Positions 53,501-64,000 of a stretch of 64,000 nt of DNA are shown here, piece by piece. Location of the stretch: NCBI RefSeq assembly GCF_006345805.1, contig NC_043026.1, positions 7,254,001 to 7,318,000 on the forward strand. Direction: 5' to 3'. Numbering within the stretch: the stretch's first letter is position 1; every line of letters begins with the position of its first letter. This stretch comes from Octopus sinensis (lineage: Eukaryota). The position numbers were made by a program, and so were the translations under genes. The notes below the pieces were generated by a model that saw only the letters and a program-made list of their open reading frames with translations, did not search any database and was not told the DNA's origin.

Positions 53501-54018
53501 TCACAATACCTAAGCGAAATATGTGAGTATCTATACAAATATAAACATCATCATCATCCAATATACAGGCATAGCAGTGGCTGTGTGGTAAGTAGCTTAC
53601 TTACCAGCCACATGGTTCCGGGTTCAGTCCCACTGCATGGCACCTTGGGAAAGTGTCTTCCACTATAGCCTTGGTCCAACCAAAGCCTTGTGAGTAGATT
53701 TGGTAGACGGAAACTGAAAGAAGCCTGTCATATATATATGTATGTGTGTGTATATGTTTGTCCCCCCAACATCGCTTTACACACCACACTTGATAGCACA
53801 AAAGACATCCTTTTTTACCTTAAAAAAATATCTCAAAAATATTTCCCTGGGTCTGATATGTGAAGCTGGACCTCTCGTAAGCTGAAACTGTAGTGTGTCT
53901 AATATACCCCTTTGTGTCTTTTATGCTATTAGATATGCTGTGTATATATATAAGTTCAGCAAAATTTAGATTCAGATGATAAAAATGTACATTGTCTATT
54001 TAATTAAAAAATTCTATA

Positions 54019-54106
54019 TGTGGCTGAAGATTGCTCTACATTTTAAAACTGATGTAATACTTACATTGTTTAATAAAATGAAGTAGCATGAAACGATTGT
54101 ACTACA
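54019..54106 (+). ncRNA. Type I hammerhead motif, same family as 34891-34977
   Basis: TGTGG-CTGAAGA-tTGC...GCAt-GAAA-CGATTG-TA-CTACA. Confidence 0.65.
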
Positions 54107-54171
54107 CTACTTTGGATATCCTTGTTGCTTATTTTGATTATATATACATATATATATACATATATATATAC

Positions 54172-54222
<51 letters not shown>

Positions 54223-55133
54223 AGTGGCAATGGATGTTGTATGTGTGCAGCAAAATTACTGTATTGGCTGCATGTCTTGAGAGTATTCTGTCAGCTTTGT
54301 GATCCAATATGTTCTCTGCAACCAGCATAGGTGGGTTATATACAATACAATGAGCAGGCCAATTATGAGAAAAAAAATCATGAAACATAAATTTGGTATT
54401 CATTCATCTCATCTGGTACACACGTTTCTGCAGTCGACCCTGTCCAAAGATGTGATCAGTATGATTAAATGCTCTTTGTACGTTGCAATTAAAACTGTGT
54501 TTATAATTTTCCATCATCAATCGTTTCACACAGAAACATGTGTAACCGATGAAATAAAGGAGTACTAAATTCATGCTTCATGTTTTTCTCTCCTAACACA
54601 CACACACACAATCCCTTTTGGAACAATGAATCTTGAAGTAGATAAAGTTACAAATAATAATAAATATTGGGTTAAAAAACTCTTTAAATAGAAAAGTCAA
54701 AGGCTGCTCATGGTAGATCGAGTCATATTTACAAAGGGTGTGGGTATCTACCTCATAGACAGCCTTCCTTTTTTTCCTATCCAAAGAGAATTTTAACAGT
54801 ATTTACATGCTGTTGTTTATAGCTTTGTGCGCTTCAAGATCCAGTGCTCCAAAGAAAAATTATTTCACATTCTCTTGAGGTTTCGAAATTCTTATGGCAT
54901 TAACAATATACTTACATGTATTTTCATTATATATACACAATGCATACACTGGTGTGTTTTTATAAACACATTTATACATTTACTTATACACACAAACACA
55001 CACACACGCGTGTGTGTTTTCCTTTTTCCTTATCTTTTTTTTTTTACACATTTAAAGAGAATCCTCAGAAAACTGAATTTGTTGTAAGTGTTGTATGATT
55101 TATTTGTGTCTTTGCTGTTCCCTTCCCCTGCTT

Positions 55134-56914
55134 TTAATCCACTTCAGGGTAGGGGATAGGCATAAAAAGTTGGTGAGGAGTAAGGTCTTTGGGGTAGCAG
55201 GATAACACCTGTGACCATTCTGTCTGTAGGTCGTAGGGGGTGTGTCCGTGTGAGGTGAGCACATAATTTCGGAAGAGACAACTATCGAAGGGTACCAACA
55301 TGTTGCTGAAACCCTGAATGTTCACGGGGTAGATGTTGAATTTTTGCAGGCAGAGGGCGACATAGACATCTTCCAAGTAAAAGAAACCAATTAGCAGTGA
55401 CACATTCATAATATTCTTAACGAGGTCCTGACTCATTATGTAGCCGGTACCCGAGCACATTGGTGGGAACGTGGCACTCGGGTACATCTCGTAGGGGACA
55501 TACCACTTTGAGCTACTGTCCCGATGTGGGGTGGACACACCCCAACAATAACCACCAAGGAACCTCGATTTTGGAGATGCCAGTAACATCTTTGTGATGA
55601 GCGGCGTGTTCACATACATGTCGTCATCTGTTTTCATGACGTATTTAGCATTTGAGCAGAACGTGTTGACCCAGTGTAGGCCAGACAGTGTTTTGTACGT
55701 GAGGTTTGCATATGCATCTACAAAATCGATTTGTACAATGTCTTGGTTTAACCAATATTCATGTTCTGCCAGCGTATTCTCATGTGGGTTGTTGCTTTTA
55801 CCCAGCAAAAACACCACTCGCACATTGCTGGAGCTTACTTGACTGATGGCCCCCATGTCTTGCGAATGGCATTGCGCGAGTCCTGATTGCTTGGTGGAGA
55901 CTCCACAAGAATCACCAACCGCACATCTGTGTGGCAAATGTCCTCGACGTTGAGGTCGTACTGGAAGCCCGACGACAAACAGTCTTGGCATAACTTACCC
56001 GTTAAAATATGATCCAGAGGGTCCATCGCTGCCCTCGACAAAGCATCCTCAAGGTTATTCCGGCTGGCGAGAGCTTTTTTACGCTCCACTGGTGCGTGGA
56101 AGTTGTGAATGTCTTCGACAAACGTACCCGACGGTCGACTAGGATTTTGTTGTTGCTGTTGCGGGGGTTTCGACGAAACACTCGGGGAATTTAGTTTCTC
56201 TTTCAAGCTTTTCAAATTGTTCAAAGACTGTCGGAATTTCTCCGACGAACCCAGCAAAGAGCTGCTGTCGTTGTTGTTACTATTTTTGTAGTTGATGTTG
56301 TTGTTGTTTGAAGAACCTAAATTGTTGAATTGCTTTGGAAGAATCTGAAGTCTGCTGTCAGCATTATCTTTGTACTCACTGCTGACAACAGAACTGGAGT
56401 TTGAACTCTTGTCAACAGATTTAACAAGTTTTGTATTAATACTGTTGTTGTTGTTGGTGGTGTTGTGATTGCTCGTGTTAACGTGTGTGTTAGAATACTT
56501 GTTTAGGTAATGTATTAATTTACTTTGGAACCGGATTCCCTGTTTGGTGTCACTGTTGCTGGCAGACTCGGCATTTGACACAGATTCTGTGTGTTCTTTC
56601 AATTTGGAGTTGGTTTTTGTCTTGTGAGCATCTTTGGCCAGGATAGCATCCTGATGCTGGTGAGCCAGGTTCCGCATGATAGTTCGTTGGGTCTTGTTGT
56701 GTACGATGCGCAGGTAATTCTCTAAGGAAGTCAATGGGATGTTAAGGGTGTCCGATTTAGAGAGCCGGTCGACCGTGCCAAGACGGTCCCCTTCTCGTAT
56801 CGGTTGGTGTGGTGTCTGTCGAAACAGCTGCCAAGAAAAGATGCAGACGATGACACTGAGTAGGAGACAAATTCCAAAGAAATATCCCTTCGTCCGCTGT
56901 AACCGTGACAACAT
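55134..56914 (-). CDS. Beta-1,3-galactosyltransferase (GT31, B3GALT1/5-like), single coding exon, about 593 aa if the 1-nt frameshift at 55850-55854 is corrected
   Basis: Type II membrane layout: N-terminal TM (YFFGICLLLSVIVCIFSW), N/S/Q-rich stem, RNAIRKTWG, then VVFLLG, DIVQIDFVDAYANLTYKT, KTDDDMYVN (DxD), CSGTGY and LEDVYV motifs spread over two overlapping ORFs. Confidence 0.9.
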
Positions 56915-57879
56915 ATTTGTTGTGTGGTTCGTCAGGGAGGGGAGAAAAAAAAAAATTTGGCAGACATGCAGTTGGGATTTTTAAAGGGTCAAGCAAGACC
57001 AGCTGGGGTGTCAGGAAAAGAGGGAGTCAGACATGTAGAGTGAAGTGAGTATTTTAAGGGGTCTCAAGAGGGAAACAAGAGGACTATGGACTGATTGACA
57101 ATTTCACGGGGTCAAGATAGACTGGGAGTGCAGTGATGCGAGGGATTGTGTTTTGGGGGAGAGACAAGTAAACATATGGGGACTATTTTAGAGGGCTAAA
57201 ACCTGAGAAAGAGAATGTTGGTGAGAGAAAGAGAGTGAGGGGGAAAGAAAGTGATTGAGTGAAGGGTAAGTGAAGAAAATTGAAGAAGGGGGATTTGAGA
57301 AGATGTAAGCAAATATGGGAAGAGTCGACTAGTTTTTGATAGTATGAAGGTGGCTTGGTGGGGGGTAGTTTCCTCTCAAGGTGTTGGGTTGCACCCTGAC
57401 TACTTTTCTGTTTGTAATGGCGGGGGAGGGGGTGAAAAAGGTAATGGGGTAGGAATGAATGAAGATCAAGGATCAGTTTCTTTGGCCTGGAGAGCTGGCT
57501 GACCCTTCAGGGTAACACTGAAGTATTGTTATTATTATTATTATTAAAAAGCACTGGTTTATGTCAGGAGTTGAGGGTTGACAAGTGGTCAGTCATCGGT
57601 CTTCCAAATTCTGCTGTTTTTGTGGGTGCCTTGTAGAACACTTCAACTGGTCAGACACACGTAGATGTGGAACTTTGCCAAACTCCATATTCTTCATTTT
57701 CTCAACCTAAAAAACACAAAGGAACAAAATTTAAAATAATAATAATTAATAATAAAGATTTGTAAAAAAAAATGGAAATATAGCTGTAATTAAGAGAAAG
57801 TCAATTAGTCGCATCACCCCCACCTCCACCTGTGTATAAATTCTGGCAAACAGGAGCCGAATTGGATGCTTGTGTTGCA

Positions 57880-58982
57880 GGAACTGGTACGGGGATGCAC
57901 CAATGCCATCATTCGAGCTTAAGAAGAGGAGAAGTTGGCAAAAAACGAAAGCGGAACTCGCTGCCTTCAGTCTGGTTTTTGAGCCTAATTTGACCCGTGG
58001 TCATGAATGTTGGGTAGAGACCAGAACAAAAGAATCAGAACTACGAGTGGCAGAAATGGGGCTCCTCTGAAGGGTGTCCACGGTGTGTAGCTCAGAGATC
58101 AGGGAGTCCGTCCAGATTGAACCACTTCTCTGCACTGTGAGGTCACAACCCTGGTATTGCAGACGTGTGACTCGGAGGTCACAACCCTGGTATTGCAGAC
58201 GTGTGACTCGGAGGTCACAACCCTGGTATTGCAGACGTGTGACTCGGAGGTCACAACCCTGGTATTGCAGACGTGTGACGAGAGGTCACAACCCTGGTAT
58301 TGCAGACGTGTGACTCGGAGGTCACAACCCTGGTATTGCAGACGTGTGACTCGGAGGTCACAACCCTGGTATTGCAGACGTGTGACTCGGAGTCACAACC
58401 CTGGTATTGCAGACGTGACTCGGAGGTCCAACCCTGGTATTGCAGACGTGTGACTCGGAGGTCACAACCCTGGTATTGCAGACGTGTGACTCGGAGGTCA
58501 CAACCCTGGTATTGCAGACGTGTGACTCGGAGGTCACAACCCTGGTATTGCAGACGTGTGACTCGGAGGTCACAACCCTGGTATTGCAGACGTGTGACTC
58601 GGAGGTCACAACCCTGGTATTGCAGACGTGTGACTCGGAGGTCACAACCCTGGTATTGCAGACGTGTGACTCGGAGGTCACAACCCTGGTATTGCAGACG
58701 TGTGACTCGGAGGTCACACCCTGGTATTGCAGACGTGTGACTCGAGGTCACAACCTGGTATTGCAGACGTGTGACTCGGAGGTCACAACCCTGGTATGCA
58801 GACGGTGACTCGGAGGTCACAACCTGGTATTGCAGACGTGTGACTCGGAGGTCACAACCCTGGTATTGCAGACGTGTGACTCGGAGGTCACAACCCTGGT
58901 ATTGCAGACGTGTGACTCGGAGGTCATAACCCTGGTATTGCAGACATGTGACTCGGAGGTCACAAGCAAGAATCTCAAGACA
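57880..58982 (+). mobile_element. RTE-clade LINE fragment hosting a minisatellite
   Basis: LTRGHECWV...AEMGLL*RVS...SSEIRESVQIEPLL...RSQ.WY..RVTR.SQARISRQ. Confidence 0.7.
58139..58965 (+). repeat. 36-bp minisatellite, about 23 copies
   Basis: unit GAGGTCACAACCCTGGTATTGCAGACGTGTGACTCG, head-to-tail with no spacers and occasional 1-2 nt indels. Confidence 0.97.
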
Positions 58983-60186
58983 GGAGGCGAGATGGCAGAA
59001 CCATTAGCACACCGGACGAAATGCGTAGCCGTATTTCGTATGCCGTTACGTTCTGAGTTCAAACTCTGTTGAGGTCGACTTTGCTTTTCATCCTTTCGGG
59101 GTCGATAAATTAAGTACCAGTTATGCACTGGGGTCAATGTAATCGACTTAATCCCTTTGTCTGTCCTTGTTTGTCCCCTCTATGTTTAGCCCCTTGTGGG
59201 CAGTAAAGAAATATATCCTCACAACTTAGCGAATCTGCAAAAAAGATTAGCAGAATAAGTCCCGGACTTACAAAATACGAAAAAGAAAAAAAGCAACAAC
59301 AGCAAAAACAAAATGAAATAGGGGATTGGAGTTGATTGCCTCAACTAAAAGAAAGGTGGTGCTCCAGCATGGCAACAGTCCAGTGACAAATAAATAGAAA
59401 GATAACTGATGAAAAATGTTAGGTGGGTTGAACTTTCCTGTTTATATTTATTTGTCCCATTCCCCCCCCTTATCTTGACCTCATAGCCCTACCCATGCGA
59501 CCCTCAGCATATCATTGTTATTACTGCTCATTCATTCAGTTGGTATCTAGAGGTCAAAAGAATGTCCTCTAAAGTGGAGTGCTTTGCTTGTGTCCTTTAC
59601 ATAATGTGAACTGATGCTTTGGAATGTATCTGTGTGAACAAATGTATTGGGCACAAGTGTAGCTGTGTGGTAAGATGTTTACCTCCAAACCACATGGTTG
59701 CAGGTTCAGTCATGGCACCTTGGGCAAGTGTTTTCTACTACAGCCCCATTGTGTGCATGTGTGTATCATCATCGTTTAACATCCGTTTTCCATGTTGGCA
59801 TGGGTTGGACAGTTTGACTGAGGTCTGGAGAGTTAGCGGCTGCACCAGGCCCCAATCTGATCTGGCAAGGTTTCTACAGCTGGATGCTCTTCCTAATGCC
59901 AACCACTCCATGAGCATAGTGGGTGCTTCTTACGTGTCACTGGTACAGGAGCCAGTCAGGCAGTGCTGGCATTGATCACGTTTGGATAGTGCATTTTAGG
60001 TGCCTACAGCACGGGCGCCAGTCAAGGGGTACTGGCATCGATCACCAGCACAGGAACCAGTCAGGGGGTACTGGCATCAGCTATGTTCGAATAGTGCTTT
60101 TTATATGCCACTGGCATGGGAGTGAGTCAGTCAGGCAGACCTGGCATCAACCACATTTGGATGGTGCTTTTTACGTGATATATATG

Positions 60187-60226
<40 letters not shown>

Positions 60227-60310
60227 GAATTTACAAAAAAACAAAAGACGAAGACGGGTGTGTAAACAACAAACAGATGTATTAGTTTAACACTTGGGAA
60301 TAGAGAAAAT

Positions 60311-60346
60311 CTTTTACGTTTCGAGCCTATGCTCTTCGACAGAAAG
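60311..60346 (-). ncRNA. Minimal hammerhead-like motif of a dispersed short element; related copies at 11315-11350 (+), about 45303-45336 (+) and 61472-61507 (+)
   Basis: CTTT-CTGTCGA-A-GAGC-ATAG-GCTC-GAAA-CG-TA-AAAG; every copy carries core substitutions. Confidence 0.5.
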
Positions 60347-60855
60347 GAACACAGAAATAAACAGGGAGAGAAAATAGAAAAAGGTTTAGTGGCTAGCCAT
60401 CTATCATATATATACACACACACACATACATGCATATATATAGGTATAGGACATCACCAACGGTGCAAATAACATGAAATATGTAAACACAGAGAAAGAA
60501 CCTTTCATCAGTTGTCGTTTTTGTTCCCAGCTTTGACCCTCCATAAATCCTAAATTTTATTTTAGAATTTATGGGAGCAACTGTCTTTGAAGACTCATAT
60601 TGTCCATGAATGCTCGAAATGAGGAGTACCTATACAGCCGACAACTGATGAAGGGTCCTTTCTGTGTTTATTTGTCCTGTTTCCCATTTTGTACTTGTTG
60701 TTTACATAGTTAACTTGTTTGTTTACATATTTCATGTTATCTGCACCATTGGTGACGTCTTGTACCCATAAATGCATGTGTATATATATATATATATATA
60801 TATATGTTTATATTATATATTATTTAATTGAATGCAATGCATCCATTTCCAAGTA

Positions 60856-60899
<44 letters not shown>

Positions 60900-61032
60900 A
60901 GAGTAAACACATAAATGTGAAACAAGGTGGAAAAAAGAGTACTCAAATACCAGTGGTAGAGTAATATGCTTTATTTAAAGCAGCAGAAAATTCAACAAAA
61001 CCTGTTACTCTGAGTTACTCTGCTAGCAAAAA

Positions 61033-61070
61033 CTGTCCGATGAACGGCAACGAGAAACTCAGAGTAACAG
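61033..61070 (+). ncRNA. Degenerate minimal hammerhead inside the inverted repeat 60964-61108
   Basis: CTGT-CCGATGA-ACG-GCAA-CGA-GAAA-CTCAGAG-TA-ACAG; one core substitution. Confidence 0.55.
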
Positions 61071-61103
61071 GTTTTGTTGAATTTTCTGCTGCTTTAAATA
61101 AAG

Positions 61104-61139
<36 letters not shown>

Positions 61140-64000
61140 CATGTATGTATGTATGCTTATGTGTGTGTGTTTGTCCCCCCCCACCATCGTTTGACAACCA
61201 ATGTTGGTGTGTCTACATCCCCGTAACTTAGTGGCTCAGCAAAAGACACCAATAAAATAAGTACCAGGCTTACAAAGATTTGGGGTTGATTTGTTTGACT
61301 AATGTCCATGCTCCAGCATAGCTGCAGTAAAATGACTGAAACAAATAAAAGAATATTCTATTTTTATCCTGTATTTTTTTGTGCTCCCCGTAAATATATA
61401 TATATATATTGATGAACCACTGAACTCAACACGTTTTTTTTCATTCTCTCTCTATCTATTTCCTCTTATTCCTTTCTGACAAAGAGCATCGGCTCGAAAT
61501 GTAAAAGACTTTTCCATTTCTCCCGAGTGTCAAACTAATACACTTGTTGTTCCTACACCTGTCTTTGTCTTTCCATATATGTGAACTCTAACCATCAAGC
61601 CTAATTCTGTTTCTCTACCAGAACTCACAATGGCTCATGAGATTGCATCACGGATGCATGTGCATATCTCTCGTACACATGTATACTTATACAAATGTAT
61701 ATATTGATTTGTCTGTGTGTCTGTAAGTGTAAGCATTAGAACATGTCCATATGTGCATCAATATATGAGTGAATGTCCACATATATACACGGATATGCTA
61801 ATCTCGACCCTAACTTGGTGTCCCTGATTCATAATAATCCTACAGATAATTAATTAATTAATTACATATATATATATATATCTGTGTGTGCTTGTGTAAC
61901 TATTGATGTCAACAGTTGATGGAAGTCCTAGGCAAAGACACAAACTGCGACAACAATAAAAAGCAACCAATACACGTTTAGACTAATTTGAAGACGTTAA
62001 TGAGGCGCCACACAATAGATTACCAGCAGCAGGGTATCAATAATGGCACAGATCTGAAGTATAGTATTGATTGGCCAAGTTGAGTTTTAATAAATGAGAT
62101 AATGCCATGAAGATTTTTTTCCCCAATTGAAAGAAAAATTGAATTCCAGTAATAGTTACTAATCAGTTTTATCAATTTAAATCTGCCAGGGATGGTCTAT
62201 ATATTCACCCATTATTTCTTTTGTCATAGAATAAAAGTTTTAGGTTTTGATTAAGGGAAGTTTGCAGGTTGTTACATTGATTGAAATTTCACCTCTCCAG
62301 CATGGCCACAGCCTCAGAGCTGAAGTGTATAAAAGAATTGAAGAAGGTGAATTGGCATGCTAGGCAAAATGTCCAGTGGCATTTCATCTGTCTCTATGTT
62401 CCGAGTTCAAATTCTGCCAAGGTTGACTGCCTTTCATCCTTTCAGGGGCCAATGTAATGGACTTATCCCCACCTCCAAAATTGCTGGCCTTGTGCCAACA
62501 TTTGAAACAAAGGTTTTAAGTATATTCGAAGCAGCCATTCATCATCATCATCATCATTTAACATCTGTTGTCCATGGGTTGGATGATTTGACTGGGCTGG
62601 CATGTTGGAAGGCTGCACCAGAACCTAGTCTGATTTGACATGGGTTTCTACGGCTGGATGCCCTTCCTAATGCCAACCACTCAGAGTGTAATGGGTGCTT
62701 TTATGTGCCACTGGCATGGGTGCCATTTGCGTGACACTGGTATCTGCCACAACTGATTTTGCTCAGCTTGATGGACCTTCTCAAGCACAACATAATGCCA
62801 AAGGTCTTTGCCATTGCCTCCGTGAGGCCCAGCACTCAAAAGGAGCACATGGCCACTTTGCCTCCACAAGGCCCAACACTTGAAAGGAACTCCGCTACCT
62901 TGCCTCCATGAGGCCCTCTTGAAAGGAACCCAGCCACCTCGCCTGCAGTCAACTGTGCCTTTCATCATTTCAAGGCTGGTAAAACAAGTACCAGTTGAGT
63001 ACTGGGGGTTAATGTAATCAACTTAGCCCCACCCCCACTGAAATTGCTGGCCTTGTGCCAACATTGAAAGCAACATTTTACCTATATTTAAAATTCAAAA
63101 GAACCACACTTTTTTTCCCACCAAAACCCTTAATTCTTTCCACCCGCCATTTTTCAATGCTACAATGTGTTCACATTTCATTTATGCCACCATATTTAAT
63201 TAACCCTTTAGCATTTATCTGGCCTCTCACACCTATCCTACAATGTCATTTTAAAAATAAACAATCAGATCATTGAAATCTGAAAGCTATGAAATAATGC
63301 ATGGAAGGTGCATGGCTCAGTGGTTAGAGCATCAAGCACACAATCATGAGGTAGTGAGTTTCGATTCTCAGACCGGACATTGCAGTTTCGATTCTCAGAC
63401 CGGACATTGTGAGTGTTTATTGAGCGAAAACACCTAAAAGCTCCACGAGGCTCCGGCAGGGGGTGGTGGCGATCCCTGCTGTACTCTTTCGCCACAACTT
63501 TCTCTCACTCTTTCTTCTGTTGGCCTGCATGCTTAGCTAGCAGGGTAGCATCATTTGAGGACTAAAACAATGCAAAGCGCATTGTGATCAGCGATGTGTA
63601 GCAACATTTGATAACCTGGTTGGTCACGGTGATCACGGTAATATATATATATATATATACATATATACATGTAAGGCAGTGAGCTGGCAGAAACGTTAGC
63701 ATGCCGGGCGAAATGCGTAGCCGTATTTCGTCTGCCGTTATGTTCAGAGTTCAAATTCTGCCATGGTCGTCTTTGCCTTTCATCCTTTCGGGGGGGAGGG
63801 GGGTCGATAAATTAAGTACCTGTTACGCACTGGGGTCGATGTAATCGTCTTAATCGGTTTGTCTGTCCTTGTTTGTCCCCTCTCTGTTTAAGCCCCTTGC
63901 GGATAGTAAAGAAATATATATATTTATACATGTCCCATAAAACATAGATCCAGAGAATCATGTAACTATCACAGAAAGCTCCTCCGATGGATCCAGTGAG

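Noticed and set aside
54440-54550. CCAAAGA-TGTGA...TCACA-CA-GAAA-CATGTG-TA hammerhead-like arrangement
   Set aside because: Two core mismatches and a poor stem I; possibly a decayed copy but not supportable.
57202-57706. Candidate 5' UTR splice acceptors for the GT31 gene on the - strand (about 57202 and 57706) and a short uORF
   Set aside because: The pyrimidine tract plus AG is plausible, but no matching donor or transcript evidence is available.
58139-58965. 36-bp partly palindromic repeats resembling a CRISPR array
   Set aside because: Units are contiguous with no unique spacers, there are no cas genes, the context is eukaryotic, and the unit derives from a LINE motif.
60450-60770. Inverted repeat containing ACAACTGATGAAGGG
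   Set aside because: No GAAA/UH and no closing stems were found downstream of CTGATGA, so it is not called a ribozyme.

Overview
AT-rich, repeat-dense animal genomic DNA. The SINE families, microsatellite load and gene style suggest an octopus or other coleoid cephalopod (inference). Two host genes are present. (1) 15 phase-compatible GT-AG coding exons (321-33890, + strand) of a WD40-repeat gene resembling WDR49/CFAP337; its 5' end lies upstream of the window and no terminal exon was found. (2) A single-exon GT31 beta-1,3-galactosyltransferase on the - strand (55134-56914), split by a 1-nt frameshift in a G homopolymer. The rest is tRNA-derived SINEs, LINE fragments (CR1-like, RTE, R4/Dong), a Penelope GIY-YIG fragment, a Gypsy integrase fragment, Tc1/mariner and pogo elements, MITEs, minisatellites and microsatellites. 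The most striking unannotated signal is a dozen or more type I hammerhead-ribozyme motifs from several unrelated short elements, most next to (TA)n tracts. All have the palindromic or near-palindromic stem III typical of Penelope-associated dimeric hammerheads. They include a canonical full-size copy (6197-6295), a back-to-back pair inside a 245-bp palindrome, a tRNA-headed element with a 15-bp TSD, and a core variant with the C3-G8 pair swapped to G3-C8. All structures were read by eye and none is experimentally or computationally validated.
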